Positions 50,153 to 58,906 of a DNA stretch of 64,000 bases are shown piece by piece. Location: the IMG/VR virus record IMGVR_UViG_3300031992_002338; one strand, 5' to 3'. This stretch comes from a virus. Taxonomy: Duplodnaviria; Caudoviricetes. Position 1 is the first letter of the stretch, and each line of letters begins with the position of its first letter. The translations under genes were made by a program, and so were the position numbers. The notes under the pieces are model-generated. The model did not search any database. It was not told the DNA's origin and saw only the letters and a program-made list of their open reading frames with translations.

Positions 50153-50156
50153 ATGG

Positions 50157-50188
50157 CAAATATATAGATATTTTTTTAAAAAAACAAA
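50157..50188 (-). promoter_or_regulatory. Bacteroidota sigma-A-type promoter
   Basis: TTTG-20 nt-TATATTTG. Confidence 0.8.
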
Positions 50189-50189
50189 A

Positions 50190-50321
50190 TCATTTTTTGA
50201 ATTTCTTAACAATTGTATCAATAGCTTCACTTAATACTTTAGGCTGTATCATTTGAATATCTGCCCCTTTTCTCCATTTATTGTGGTACTCTAATAGTCT
50301 AAGTGCCTCTTGTACGTCCAT
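50190..50321 (-). CDS. 43-aa hypothetical protein (not in ORF track)
   Basis: MDVQEALRLLEYHNKWRKGADIQMIQPKVLSEAIDTIVKKFKK; fills the gap between neighbouring genes. Confidence 0.65.
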   Translation of the reverse strand: MDVQEALRLLEYHNKWRKGADIQMIQPKVLSEAIDTIVKKFKK

Positions 50322-50324
50322 AAT

Positions 50325-50579
50325 TTATTCAATTTTCCCAACTGTTATACATTGATTATCAAATTTCTTATAAGCATCAAGATACCATCTATTTTTATCT
50401 CCATCATATGTCATTTCATAATACATTCCATCTGGCAATGTGGTTGAAACTAAATACTTCCAATTTTGCAAAATTTTAGACTTCCAAACTGTATATACCT
50501 CAAATTGTGGTATTGGGTCGGATTTATCTAAATGCTCATTAACGTAATCTCTAACAATTTCTAATACTTTCTCATCCAT
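50325..50579 (-). CDS. Conserved small phage protein (DUF6275-like)
   Basis: VWKSKILQNWKYLVST...DGMYYEMTYDGDK...YLDAYKK. Confidence 0.75.
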   Translation of the reverse strand: MDEKVLEIVRDYVNEHLDKSDPIPQFEVYTVWKSKILQNWKYLVSTTLPDGMYYEMTYDGDKNRWYLDAYKKFDNQCITVGKIE

Positions 50580-50609
50580 AATTTTTTTTAACCTTATTAA
50601 ATGTTTATT

Positions 50610-50819
50610 TTAAATTATCCCAACTGTTTCAAATGCAATTTCTAATATTTCGTCTATCTCTGCATCCTCATCATTCTTGTATTTATGATTTTTACGAATG
50701 AATTCCAATGCTTCATCGTAACCATCTGCAAGTACATATACATATTTGCTTATGTCATTTCCCAAATAATACGTATTAATATGTATTTTAAAAAGTTTAT
50801 GTTTCATACTATATATCAA
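50610..50819 (-). CDS. Hypothetical protein
   Basis: 69 aa; ATGA overlap with the upstream gene. Confidence 0.6.
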   Translation of the reverse strand: MIYSMKHKLFKIHINTYYLGNDISKYVYVLADGYDEALEFIRKNHKYKNDEDAEIDEILEIAFETVGII

Positions 50820-52222
50820 TTTATCATCCTTGCTTCGCTTAGTGCCTCAGTTTCTTTAATGGATTGGTTTGAGTTGTAGTTAGTATCATCGCTATACACC
50901 ATTTTCTCTAGTTCAACATTGCCATTTTCATCCTTATGATTCAAGTTGAATATGTAATTTGGATTTAACCATTCTATTATATCAAAATGACAACTAGCAA
51001 TCACTATTTTCAAATCTTTTTGTCTCGCATATCTCTGCAAAGAAAAACTCATTGATTTAGCAGCTGCTCTGTTAACCACACTAGTGAACTCATCTAAAAT
51101 TACTATCCCACCTTTTGCATCATATATCGACTTCGCAATATCTAGTCTAGCTCGTTCTCCATTAGATAATTCGTTTGGTTTTCTAAGCCAATTTGGAACT
51201 GATGACAAACCCACTCCGTTAAGTAAATCGCATACATCTTCTTCACTATATCCTTCAAACTGACTAATTACTGCTTTACTATAATTATATCTGATTGGTA
51301 TAACATTGCCTATTTCCTTTAAAATCGTGGATTTACCGCTACCGCTTTTACCACAGATAAGCATAATATTCCAATGACTCTTATTCACTTCTTCCATATC
51401 TTCTTTTGATGGTATTGGAACTTCGGTAGTTGTAATATCCCTATTCTGTATATCATAATTATCATATAAGAATTGGGTATAATTATCATTGACTATTTTA
51501 CTTTCCAATATAATTTTATTACCATCATATTTTTTTCTTTTCTCACAAATGTTTTGTTCTTCACCGCACACAATTGTTCCATGCATATGTGCTAGTCCCA
51601 TATATGTTTCCTTCTTCAATAATATATTGATTGGCTTTTCAATATAGGAATCGCTATATCTAAATGACACATCATTTATAAATTCCTTTGTTTTAACCTT
51701 TCCTTGTTCTCTAATCTTTTTATCTTGTAAAGCTAACCTATCTAATGTCCATCCCCTTTCTTCGAGAAAATCCATTATCTTTTGCCTTGATACCAACACC
51801 CAATCTATTTCTTTTATATTATCCTTTGTAATTAAATCAGTGTCATACCTCTCATATTCCTTATTATACGGTATATCAGCTTTTTTAATCCATCCAAAAA
51901 GATAATACTTGGTTATTTTTGTATTGTCTATGAACCATCCACATCTTTTATCACCATTTCTACCTATAAAAGATAACTCTAATGAAAACGTATTAAGCTC
52001 TGTGTTGGCATATCTTGCTGCCACCTTCTCATCTATCACCTCCCTATACAAAACGCCGTCAGAAGTGCTTAAAATAAGGTCAGAACCCTTTATTTGCTCT
52101 TCTTTATCATCAGTTCTGACAAATTCTGAAAACAAATCTTTGTTTGAATAAAGCTTTTCGTCTAAAAACTTTGCAATCTCTCTTTCCACAATCGAATCGT
52201 TTTTTCTATTGTTAATAACCAT
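50816..52222 (-). CDS. Fusion of a PD-(D/E)xK nuclease-like domain and an ABC-type ATPase
   Basis: N-half QIKGSD...IDEK...FSLE; C-half GKSGSGKST, LSNGERAR, ILDEFTS, ASCH. Confidence 0.8.
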   Translation of the reverse strand: MVINNRKNDSIVEREIAKFLDEKLYSNKDLFSEFVRTDDKEEQIKGSDLILSTSDGVLYREVIDEKVAARYANTELNTFSLELSFIGRNGDKRCGWFIDNTKITKYYLFGWIKKADIPYNKEYERYDTDLITKDNIKEIDWVLVSRQKIMDFLEERGWTLDRLALQDKKIREQGKVKTKEFINDVSFRYSDSYIEKPINILLKKETYMGLAHMHGTIVCGEEQNICEKRKKYDGNKIILESKIVNDNYTQFLYDNYDIQNRDITTTEVPIPSKEDMEEVNKSHWNIMLICGKSGSGKSTILKEIGNVIPIRYNYSKAVISQFEGYSEEDVCDLLNGVGLSSVPNWLRKPNELSNGERARLDIAKSIYDAKGGIVILDEFTSVVNRAAAKSMSFSLQRYARQKDLKIVIASCHFDIIEWLNPNYIFNLNHKDENGNVELEKMVYSDDTNYNSNQSIKETEALSEARMIN

Positions 52223-52241
52223 TTTGAATTGTTAATTTTTG

Positions 52242-52273
52242 CAAAGATATAAAAAAAAGTTAAAAAAAACAAA
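52242..52273 (-). promoter_or_regulatory. Bacteroidota sigma-A-type promoter
   Basis: TTTG-20 nt-TATCTTTG. Confidence 0.85.
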
Positions 52274-52293
52274 AAAAAGTGAGAAGGAATTTC

Positions 52294-53076
52294 TCAATTC
52301 CCTCTATCTATTTCAATTTTATAATCTTTAATGTATTTGACTAATTCATCAACGTCATTAAAATAAATGTCATCGTCTTTCATATATTTATTAAAACGTT
52401 TATCTAGGAAATATATCAGTTTAACTCCATTATTTTCGCTTAACTGTTTTTTATTATTATCTCTATCTAAAACTTTTTTAAATTCTTGTTCACCCCCAAA
52501 TGCATTAACTATTTCAAAATGCTGTCTCCCTTGGCATTCAACTGCAATATTTTGCTTTGGAATGTAAAAATCATATGAAAGTTTCCCATATGTTGACGTT
52601 TTCATCCATTCAAAAGAAAACTGAGGTTTAAACTCGATATTATTTTTCTCAAAAATATTTTTCAATAAAGATTCTGCCCTACTTTGTTGACAATATGGGC
52701 AACCATGATAACGAAACAAATCGTGTGGTTTACCCATAAAACTGCCATGTTTCTTGCAAATTATTTCTATTTTTGTTCTTGCATTTATATACTCAACCCT
52801 AGATAAATCGTATTTATCGCCATATATTTCTGTGAGTCTTCTAATAACTTCTTCTTGCGGCACTCTCCTTTTTAAATGTGCATCTTTAGCTCTGCATATT
52901 GGACATCCATGATTACCAAGAAGCACACTAGGTAATGTTTCCCATTCATGCCCACAAACGTTGCATTTTACGATTCCTTTTGTGTTTCTATTAACGTATA
53001 TAAACTTAGTTAAATCCAAGTCATATTGATTCTTGGATTTAACCTCGTCTATGAATTCTTCTCTCGTCTTAGTCAT
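52294..53076 (-). CDS. Free-standing homing-endonuclease-like protein (DUF723-type Zn repeats plus PD-(D/E)xK/Vsr-like nuclease)
   Basis: Two repeats YDL...Y.N...K..I.C..H...GCP.C; YDFYIP...VECQGRQH...RD..K. Confidence 0.8.
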   Translation of the reverse strand: MTKTREEFIDEVKSKNQYDLDLTKFIYVNRNTKGIVKCNVCGHEWETLPSVLLGNHGCPICRAKDAHLKRRVPQEEVIRRLTEIYGDKYDLSRVEYINARTKIEIICKKHGSFMGKPHDLFRYHGCPYCQQSRAESLLKNIFEKNNIEFKPQFSFEWMKTSTYGKLSYDFYIPKQNIAVECQGRQHFEIVNAFGGEQEFKKVLDRDNNKKQLSENNGVKLIYFLDKRFNKYMKDDDIYFNDVDELVKYIKDYKIEIDRGN

Positions 53077-54259
53077 CAGATTCCTCCTCAGAAAACTCTA
53101 CCTCATTTTCATTAACATTAGAACCGCCATTTAAATTTTCTAAACTAGATAAAATGTCTTTTATGCAATCTTTCTTGTATTTATCTAATAGTTCTGGATT
53201 TAACAAACCATTATGAACGCAAGCAATTTCTCCAGTATATGTTACATTCCAAGGTGTTGGGAGTTGGTTTTTAGTTACCCTACATTTAGTTACAATTCCA
53301 TATTGGTATTTTTCACCTTTTGCAGTTGCTTCTAGTTTTTTCACTGATGCCTTACCAATACCTCCCATATGGATAACTAACCTTGCCCCATAAAACATAG
53401 TCTTTCCTCCTTTAAGTTCTATACTTGGTGCAGCACCTGGCATACTTCCCATTGAATCTGACCATATCTTATTCACACAGAAAAATGTATTTGTATAATG
53501 TTCACTAACTTTTCTTGATGATGGTATTCTATTGTTTATAATCGAATTAAACGACTCAGACATCGCACCTGCGTTGAACATATTATTATTTCTCTTAGAT
53601 GCATAAGATTTAAATGATTCTATAGAGCCAATTGAATCCCAAATAAAACACAACGGCTTCGTTATTTTGCCCTCATCTTGATAATCAAGAAATTCATTTA
53701 TTGCATACGCAATATCCTCAAGAACTGCAACTTTACGTTTTTGTTTAGATTTCCCACCAGTTGAATAATCATTGTCACCGTATCTGTCTGCTAGTATTTT
53801 ATTATCCATATATATGAAATCCCCATCATAGTCTATAATACGATTTTCAGTGTGATAGGTAATCTCCCCAGTCTCCTCATCTACATCTTCAACTTCCACA
53901 TCACCATAAACTGGCGTTGCTTTCATCCCACAATCTATGGCATATTTGAAATCAAAATTACCCTCTGTCTCAAATATAATTGGCATTATCCCATTATTGA
54001 TACAACTTGCAATTAGGCAGTTTTTAATTGTTGATTTACCAGTATTAGACCATCCAGTTACAATGGTTAAATATCCCATAGGAATTCCTGGAAGTTTAAG
54101 CGCATCTGCAAAAGCTTGTGGTAGCGCAATAAATTCTGTTGGTTTCTCTGCTGCTGATTTAACTAAATCATCATTCGACTTAACAGTTAAGCCTATCTGT
54201 TCTTTAAAACTTTTAATATCAAACTTTTTGAATTCCTTTTTCTTAATAGGTTGTTTCAT
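53069..54259 (-). CDS. RecA/UvsX-like recombinase
   Basis: GWSNTGKST, FETEG, FIWDSIG, VNKIW, KGGKTMFY, VTKN. Confidence 0.9.
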   Translation of the reverse strand: MKQPIKKKEFKKFDIKSFKEQIGLTVKSNDDLVKSAAEKPTEFIALPQAFADALKLPGIPMGYLTIVTGWSNTGKSTIKNCLIASCINNGIMPIIFETEGNFDFKYAIDCGMKATPVYGDVEVEDVDEETGEITYHTENRIIDYDGDFIYMDNKILADRYGDNDYSTGGKSKQKRKVAVLEDIAYAINEFLDYQDEGKITKPLCFIWDSIGSIESFKSYASKRNNNMFNAGAMSESFNSIINNRIPSSRKVSEHYTNTFFCVNKIWSDSMGSMPGAAPSIELKGGKTMFYGARLVIHMGGIGKASVKKLEATAKGEKYQYGIVTKCRVTKNQLPTPWNVTYTGEIACVHNGLLNPELLDKYKKDCIKDILSSLENLNGGSNVNENEVEFSEEESDD

Positions 54260-54300
54260 AACTATTTATAAATTTACGTAAATTATTCATTTTTTGTTTT

Positions 54301-55356
54301 TTAACATTTATTTAAGATTTCCTTTAATTGTGCAAAATGTTTATCTCTTTCTATTATTTGTTTTGCATCTATATCATAGATTTTATTTTTTCTTCCAAAA
54401 TCGTCAAATGCCTTATTAATTGTTCTCATAAAGATACGCCTTATGTATTCGTACATAGATGAGACTTTGAATTTCAACTTAACGAATGCTGATTCTAGAT
54501 TAATATCCCCCAATTTTGCTAATTTTATATATATCAATCCTAACTCTATTTCTTTGTTTTTATCTTGTTTATTATAAATTATATCATCAATATAGCTAAG
54601 ATATTTTTGCACTGAAACCAATTTATCATATAAAGGAAAATCTTTTAAATAATCAACAAAATTATCTCTTGTTATTTTTTCGTTCTGCCTTATAAATTCA
54701 TAAAGCCTATTAGATTCGCTTATAATTTCATTTTTGCTAATATTGTAAAGCGAATAAACCATTTTATAATCATCATCCGAACTATTACCAAAAGCCATTA
54801 ATTTTATCCAATTGCCATATTTTGATGATATTTCTTTTTCATTGGCAATATAACTATTATTTGATATGCAAATGTTGTAGAACCTAAACGCATGATGAAG
54901 TTCATGAGCCATGCCCATAAAAAATTCGTTTTTACTTTCATTTGTTCTCAAATCATCATTTGTAATCCCAATTGTTATTTTCACATCATCTAATTTCAAA
55001 TCTTTGGAAATTTTAGCATTGTCATAATCATTGATAAAATAACTTCCATGATAATTTAAGCCTTTTTTACTAGCCAATACATTAATATTAACCGTTTTAA
55101 TAAAGCACTCTGTTTTAATTTCATAATTCCTCAATCTATAAATTAAATATGAAATCTTCGAATCATAAGGCATTCCTTTTACTTTTATTAATTCACCATA
55201 AATTTCATCAATTATCATATAATAATTGTCTATAATTCCTTGGCTTTCTCTTAAAAATTTTAATGATGGCGTTTCAGTTTTAAAAACGTCACTTTCTGTT
55301 AATAAGAAATCTTCAAATAAATCATATATTGTATGTTTATTATAAAAATCACCCAT
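54301..55356 (-). CDS. Hypothetical protein with HExxH zinc-metalloprotease motif
   Basis: AHELHHA followed by a downstream NEIIS Glu; LTE/LRE sites near the N-terminus. Confidence 0.55.
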   Translation of the reverse strand: MGDFYNKHTIYDLFEDFLLTESDVFKTETPSLKFLRESQGIIDNYYMIIDEIYGELIKVKGMPYDSKISYLIYRLRNYEIKTECFIKTVNINVLASKKGLNYHGSYFINDYDNAKISKDLKLDDVKITIGITNDDLRTNESKNEFFMGMAHELHHAFRFYNICISNNSYIANEKEISSKYGNWIKLMAFGNSSDDDYKMVYSLYNISKNEIISESNRLYEFIRQNEKITRDNFVDYLKDFPLYDKLVSVQKYLSYIDDIIYNKQDKNKEIELGLIYIKLAKLGDINLESAFVKLKFKVSSMYEYIRRIFMRTINKAFDDFGRKNKIYDIDAKQIIERDKHFAQLKEILNKC

Positions 55357-55358
55357 AT

Positions 55359-55967
55359 CTATTTACTGATTTTATCTCTAACTTTATCTTTCCAACATTT
55401 CCTACAAATGGCTCTGTATCTATCGTTTCCACCAATTTCAACTTGGCTACCTTCCGTAACAATTTCTCCATTCTCATCGAATCTTGCGTTTATTGATGTC
55501 TTTCTATCACCACATTCACAAGTCGATTTAATCTCTTCAATGTCATCAGCAAGCTCAAAAAGACGTTTTGAACCTGGAAATAGCTGTGATTTAAAATCAG
55601 TTCTCAAGCCAAAACACATAACGCTGACATCTAGAAAATCAACCACATCTGATAATTGATTCACTTGGTCTTCAGTTAGGAATTGGCATTCATCAATGAT
55701 AACCCATTTAAGTGTTTCAAACTGTGCAGCCAAAACATTTTTATAAGCCTTGATTGCCTTGTATAGGTTCATATCTTTATCAATCATCACACATTTGCGC
55801 TCAAGACCTGCTCTAGAACGTATAATTCCTTCACCATCCCTTGTATCTAGTGCTGGCTTCAGAACCATTATCTGTACATTCTTTTCTTCAAAATTATAGG
55901 CTGTGCTCAATAGCCTCAGTGTTTTAGCTGAAGCCATTGAGCCATAATAATAGAATAATTTACTCAT
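55359..55967 (-). CDS. tdk: Thymidine kinase
   Basis: YYGSMASAKT, DTRDG...SRAG, IDECQF, FGLRTDF, CECG...YRAICRKC. Confidence 0.93.
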   Translation of the reverse strand: MSKLFYYYGSMASAKTLRLLSTAYNFEEKNVQIMVLKPALDTRDGEGIIRSRAGLERKCVMIDKDMNLYKAIKAYKNVLAAQFETLKWVIIDECQFLTEDQVNQLSDVVDFLDVSVMCFGLRTDFKSQLFPGSKRLFELADDIEEIKSTCECGDRKTSINARFDENGEIVTEGSQVEIGGNDRYRAICRKCWKDKVRDKISK

Positions 55968-55993
55968 CTGTTCATATTAATCGTAACATTGCC

Positions 55994-56182
55994 TTATTTA
56001 ATCTCCTTACATGAGAACTCTGCATACGGTATCTCATCGTCCTCGTATTCCTCATCTTTCCAAGCCTCGTACTCACCTATAAACTCATTTTTCATAAAAT
56101 CAACTGCTGTTTCGTAGTGATTTTCAGAAATAATGTGCATTGAGTCACCGCTATCACTTTTAAAATAATAAGAATATTTCAT
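55994..56182 (-). CDS. Small acidic hypothetical protein
   Basis: 62-aa ORF between ssb and tdk. Confidence 0.6.
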   Translation of the reverse strand: MKYSYYFKSDSGDSMHIISENHYETAVDFMKNEFIGEYEAWKDEEYEDDEIPYAEFSCKEIK

Positions 56183-56196
56183 AACATTTTTACACT

Positions 56197-57213
56197 TTAG
56201 AATGGCAAGTCCTCTTCCTCTTGAGCTTCCTCTGCCTTAGTTTCTGCTGTCATGGTAGTACCATCTATAATAATGCCATTACCGTTTATTGCTGAGTAAT
56301 CTTTCGTTTCCTCTGTAAGTTCTTCTTCGATTCTCTTTTTCTCAGCCTCTTCCTTAATCTTATTCATTTCCTCCTTGTCAACATATTTGTTAAGTTCCTT
56401 GTTGAACACTGGAATGCCACCTTGTGCAATAATTGCCATGTAATCGTAAGACTTAACGGTATATACATCATACCAGTTCTTATCGTCTTGAATCCATTCC
56501 ATTCCAAGGTCAAAATCGTCAGTTAAAGGTGATGGGAATCCGTCATCTACAATCTGGATTGACGTCTTATTGTCTGCTGTCTTTGTAAGTGTAACAATAA
56601 GGTCAAGTCCATTGTTAAGGTCGAAAATACTGTAATTGTTTCCCTTTCTTGCAGCAGCTTCGGCACGAATCTTCGCAAGGTTCATAATTTTGTCGTAAAC
56701 TCCGTCCTTCTTCTTTGAAGAGTTGAAGAGCCAAAATTTAACGCCATCTTCCTCGTGGTCACGTTCAATACAACGCACAATCCACATTTCCTTAACCTTG
56801 TTAAGGAATTCGATGTCACCGTATCTCTTCTTTGTACTCTCATCTAATGCTTTTGACTTTAACTCCTTTGCCTTTGCTGATGTCTCGCAGAAAGGACAAC
56901 TGTCACCCATTACATCACCATCTTTCTTGTTGTGCGTAGGGCATACAAAAGTCTTCCAGCCGTTAGGTGCGACTTCTTTATTTACCTTTACGGTGTGCAT
57001 AAAAACTTTTTTGAAAGGACTACCGCCTTCTGGGGAGAAGGGTAGCAAACGAATTGTTAAGGTTTTTGATGTTTCCTTGTCACCCAATCTAGCTTGTAAA
57101 TAATTCTTCTCGTTAAATTGAGTTTTTTTAGGTGTAAAAGTTTTTTGTTCTTGTTCATACTGATTTTTCACAGCTTCTGCGTCAATGTTAACGCTAAAAT
57201 TTTTGTTGTTCAT
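56197..57213 (-). CDS. Single-stranded DNA-binding protein (T4 gp32-like)
   Basis: IRLLP, H...CP...CPFC Zn site, FDL..G.D, acidic tail EEEDLPF. Confidence 0.88.
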   Translation of the reverse strand: MNNKNFSVNIDAEAVKNQYEQEQKTFTPKKTQFNEKNYLQARLGDKETSKTLTIRLLPFSPEGGSPFKKVFMHTVKVNKEVAPNGWKTFVCPTHNKKDGDVMGDSCPFCETSAKAKELKSKALDESTKKRYGDIEFLNKVKEMWIVRCIERDHEEDGVKFWLFNSSKKKDGVYDKIMNLAKIRAEAAARKGNNYSIFDLNNGLDLIVTLTKTADNKTSIQIVDDGFPSPLTDDFDLGMEWIQDDKNWYDVYTVKSYDYMAIIAQGGIPVFNKELNKYVDKEEMNKIKEEAEKKRIEEELTEETKDYSAINGNGIIIDGTTMTAETKAEEAQEEEDLPF

Positions 57214-57278
57214 AAATTGAATGTTGTTAAAAAAATTATTTTACATGCACGTCAGAACGTGCTTAAAAGTTTACAATG

Positions 57279-57309
57279 CAAATATATAAAAAAAAATTGA
57301 AAAAACAAA
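57279..57309 (-). promoter_or_regulatory. Bacteroidota sigma-A-type promoter of ssb
   Basis: TTTG-19 nt-TATATTTG. Confidence 0.85.
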
Positions 57310-57310
57310 A

Positions 57311-57345
57311 AAAATCCTAGTTTATTCCCAGTAAACTAGGATTTT
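57311..57345 (-). terminator. Intrinsic terminator of the 59176-57351 late operon
   Basis: 14-bp stem AAAATCCTAGTTTA/TAAACTAGGATTTT, 7-nt loop, T-run. Confidence 0.88.
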
Positions 57346-57350
57346 CTATA

Positions 57351-57614
57351 CTAGAAGCGACTTTGCCATTCTCTAAAATCATATTGCCTAAAAATATAGG
57401 CAAGGCATTGTGCTAAAGTTTCATCACCAAGGCATCTTACAATGGCACTGTTAATTGTTTCCTCTCCCATTTCTTGAACGGCTAGATTATAAGCCTCTTG
57501 TGCTTCAGATGAATCAACAACCCATCCACCACTTTCAGCCTCTTTAATAATTCTATTTACAGATTCTTTCACAATGTTGTGAAGGTCTTTTTCGGTTAAT
57601 CTCATTGTTTTCAT
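57351..57614 (-). CDS. Small protein with LTExDL leader (candidate internal head protein)
   Basis: MKTMRLTEKDLHNIVKESVNRIIKE. Confidence 0.75.
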   Translation of the reverse strand: MKTMRLTEKDLHNIVKESVNRIIKEAESGGWVVDSSEAQEAYNLAVQEMGEETINSAIVRCLGDETLAQCLAYIFRQYDFREWQSRF

Positions 57615-58021
57615 TTTGGAAAATTTTTTTGTAAATAATTCAAATCCATATCATCTATGTCGTTTTCTTGACTTTCATCACTCTTAAAGAACTTGTTGTG
57701 GTCAACCTTACCAGTTGTGGCATCGAAGAACTTGTCTTGTTGCTCTTTCTTCTTATTCAACATGTCATAGATGATGTCAGCACATCCTTTAATCTTTTCT
57801 AGATAAGGATTACTTGTTTGTTCCCCTTCACGACTGTCATATTTAGCCTTGAACATTGCGTCATCAAGAGCACTGTAGAAATCCTCAAAAGTTGAACGAA
57901 CTTCCCAGAAAAGGTCATTTGCCCTATCATAAGCATGGTCAACAGTACCATAGCTTATCTCATTGATGAGTCTATCTTTAAGCTTGTTATATGATTCTTC
58001 AGATAACTTAACTGTTTTCAT
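57611..58021 (-). CDS. Small protein with leader variant (candidate internal head protein)
   Basis: MKTVKLSEESYNKLKDRLINE. Confidence 0.7.
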   Translation of the reverse strand: MKTVKLSEESYNKLKDRLINEISYGTVDHAYDRANDLFWEVRSTFEDFYSALDDAMFKAKYDSREGEQTSNPYLEKIKGCADIIYDMLNKKKEQQDKFFDATTGKVDHNKFFKSDESQENDIDDMDLNYLQKNFPK

Positions 58022-58899
58022 TAGATTTTAAATATTTTTTCTAGTGTCTGAATGTCATCGTCATCAATATTGAAGAATGTGTTTGCAATATCATCAGACG
58101 GGTTATCTACATCATCATTGGTAATGACGTACTCCTTTGTTGTAGGCTCGTCATTATCTGCATAAGCCTCATATCCACCTTGTTTTGCTTTTTCTGCCCA
58201 ATACTCATTTGGTTTTACGTTGAATGGATACGAATCTAATGAACGAAGATTCAATTTCTCAGTCTGGGTTGGATTTCTCTTCTCGAACTCAGCTTTTAGA
58301 GATTCAATCTCACTATTATTACTATCAACTTTTGTTAACAAATTATTGATTGTATTAATAAGTGTTGTGATTCTGTTATCAACCTTTGATAAATCCCTTC
58401 CGATGCGGTTTTGCTTAACATTAAGTTTGTCTTCTGCTTGTGTTAGGCCATCAATGTCAATTGTTTCACCATCATCTGCTGGTTCTCCACCCATTGGGTC
58501 TCCCATTGGGTCAGCGCCCATATCACTACCCATGGGGTCAGCCATAGGGTCTTGGGCATTTTGGTCTGCTCCACCGCCCATTGGGTCTCCACCCATAGCG
58601 TTAGGGTCAGCGCCTCCCGCCATTGGGTCTTGTCCTCCCATTGCATTTGGGTCTCCACCGCCCATTTGGTCAGCACCACCCATTGCATTTGGGTCTTGAG
58701 GCATTCCACCGTCAGCAGGCATACCTCCCATTGCATTTGGGTCTCCACCCATAGCGTTAGGGTCTTGCATGTCATTACCAGCTTCCTCTATCTCTTCCTC
58801 TGGTAAAACGGTTGGTATATATGCCTCGCTGAGACGCATAAAATGTTTATGTGCCTCTAACAAGTTATTTTCTTTAAGATACTTAATGTTAGTTGCCAT
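58021..58899 (-). CDS. Low-complexity/coiled-coil protein, possible prohead core or scaffold
   Basis: GGDPNAM-type repeats, then a coiled coil and LRSLDSYPFN; several LxE sites at the N-terminus. Confidence 0.6.
   Translation of the reverse strand: MATNIKYLKENNLLEAHKHFMRLSEAYIPTVLPEEEIEEAGNDMQDPNAMGGDPNAMGGMPADGGMPQDPNAMGGADQMGGGDPNAMGGQDPMAGGADPNAMGGDPMGGGADQNAQDPMADPMGSDMGADPMGDPMGGEPADDGETIDIDGLTQAEDKLNVKQNRIGRDLSKVDNRITTLINTINNLLTKVDSNNSEIESLKAEFEKRNPTQTEKLNLRSLDSYPFNVKPNEYWAEKAKQGGYEAYADNDEPTTKEYVITNDDVDNPSDDIANTFFNIDDDDIQTLEKIFKI
58488..58770 (-). repeat. Degenerate coding tandem repeats (DPNAMGG / DPMGG)
   Basis: Recurring plus-strand units CCCATTGCATTTGGGTC, CCCATAGCGTTAGGGTC and CCCATTGGGTC. 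Confidence 0.85.
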
Positions 58900-58906
58900 T
58901 TGTATA

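Noticed and set aside
55359-55967. Thymidine kinase as a pseudogene because Walker A reads SAKT instead of GKS/T
   Set aside because: All other motifs and the Zn ligands are intact and the frame is complete; a single substitution is not enough evidence.
58488-58770. CRISPR array or DGR-like repeats
   Set aside because: Repeats are short, degenerate, in-frame coding units with no spacers; no reverse transcriptase or cas genes are in the window.
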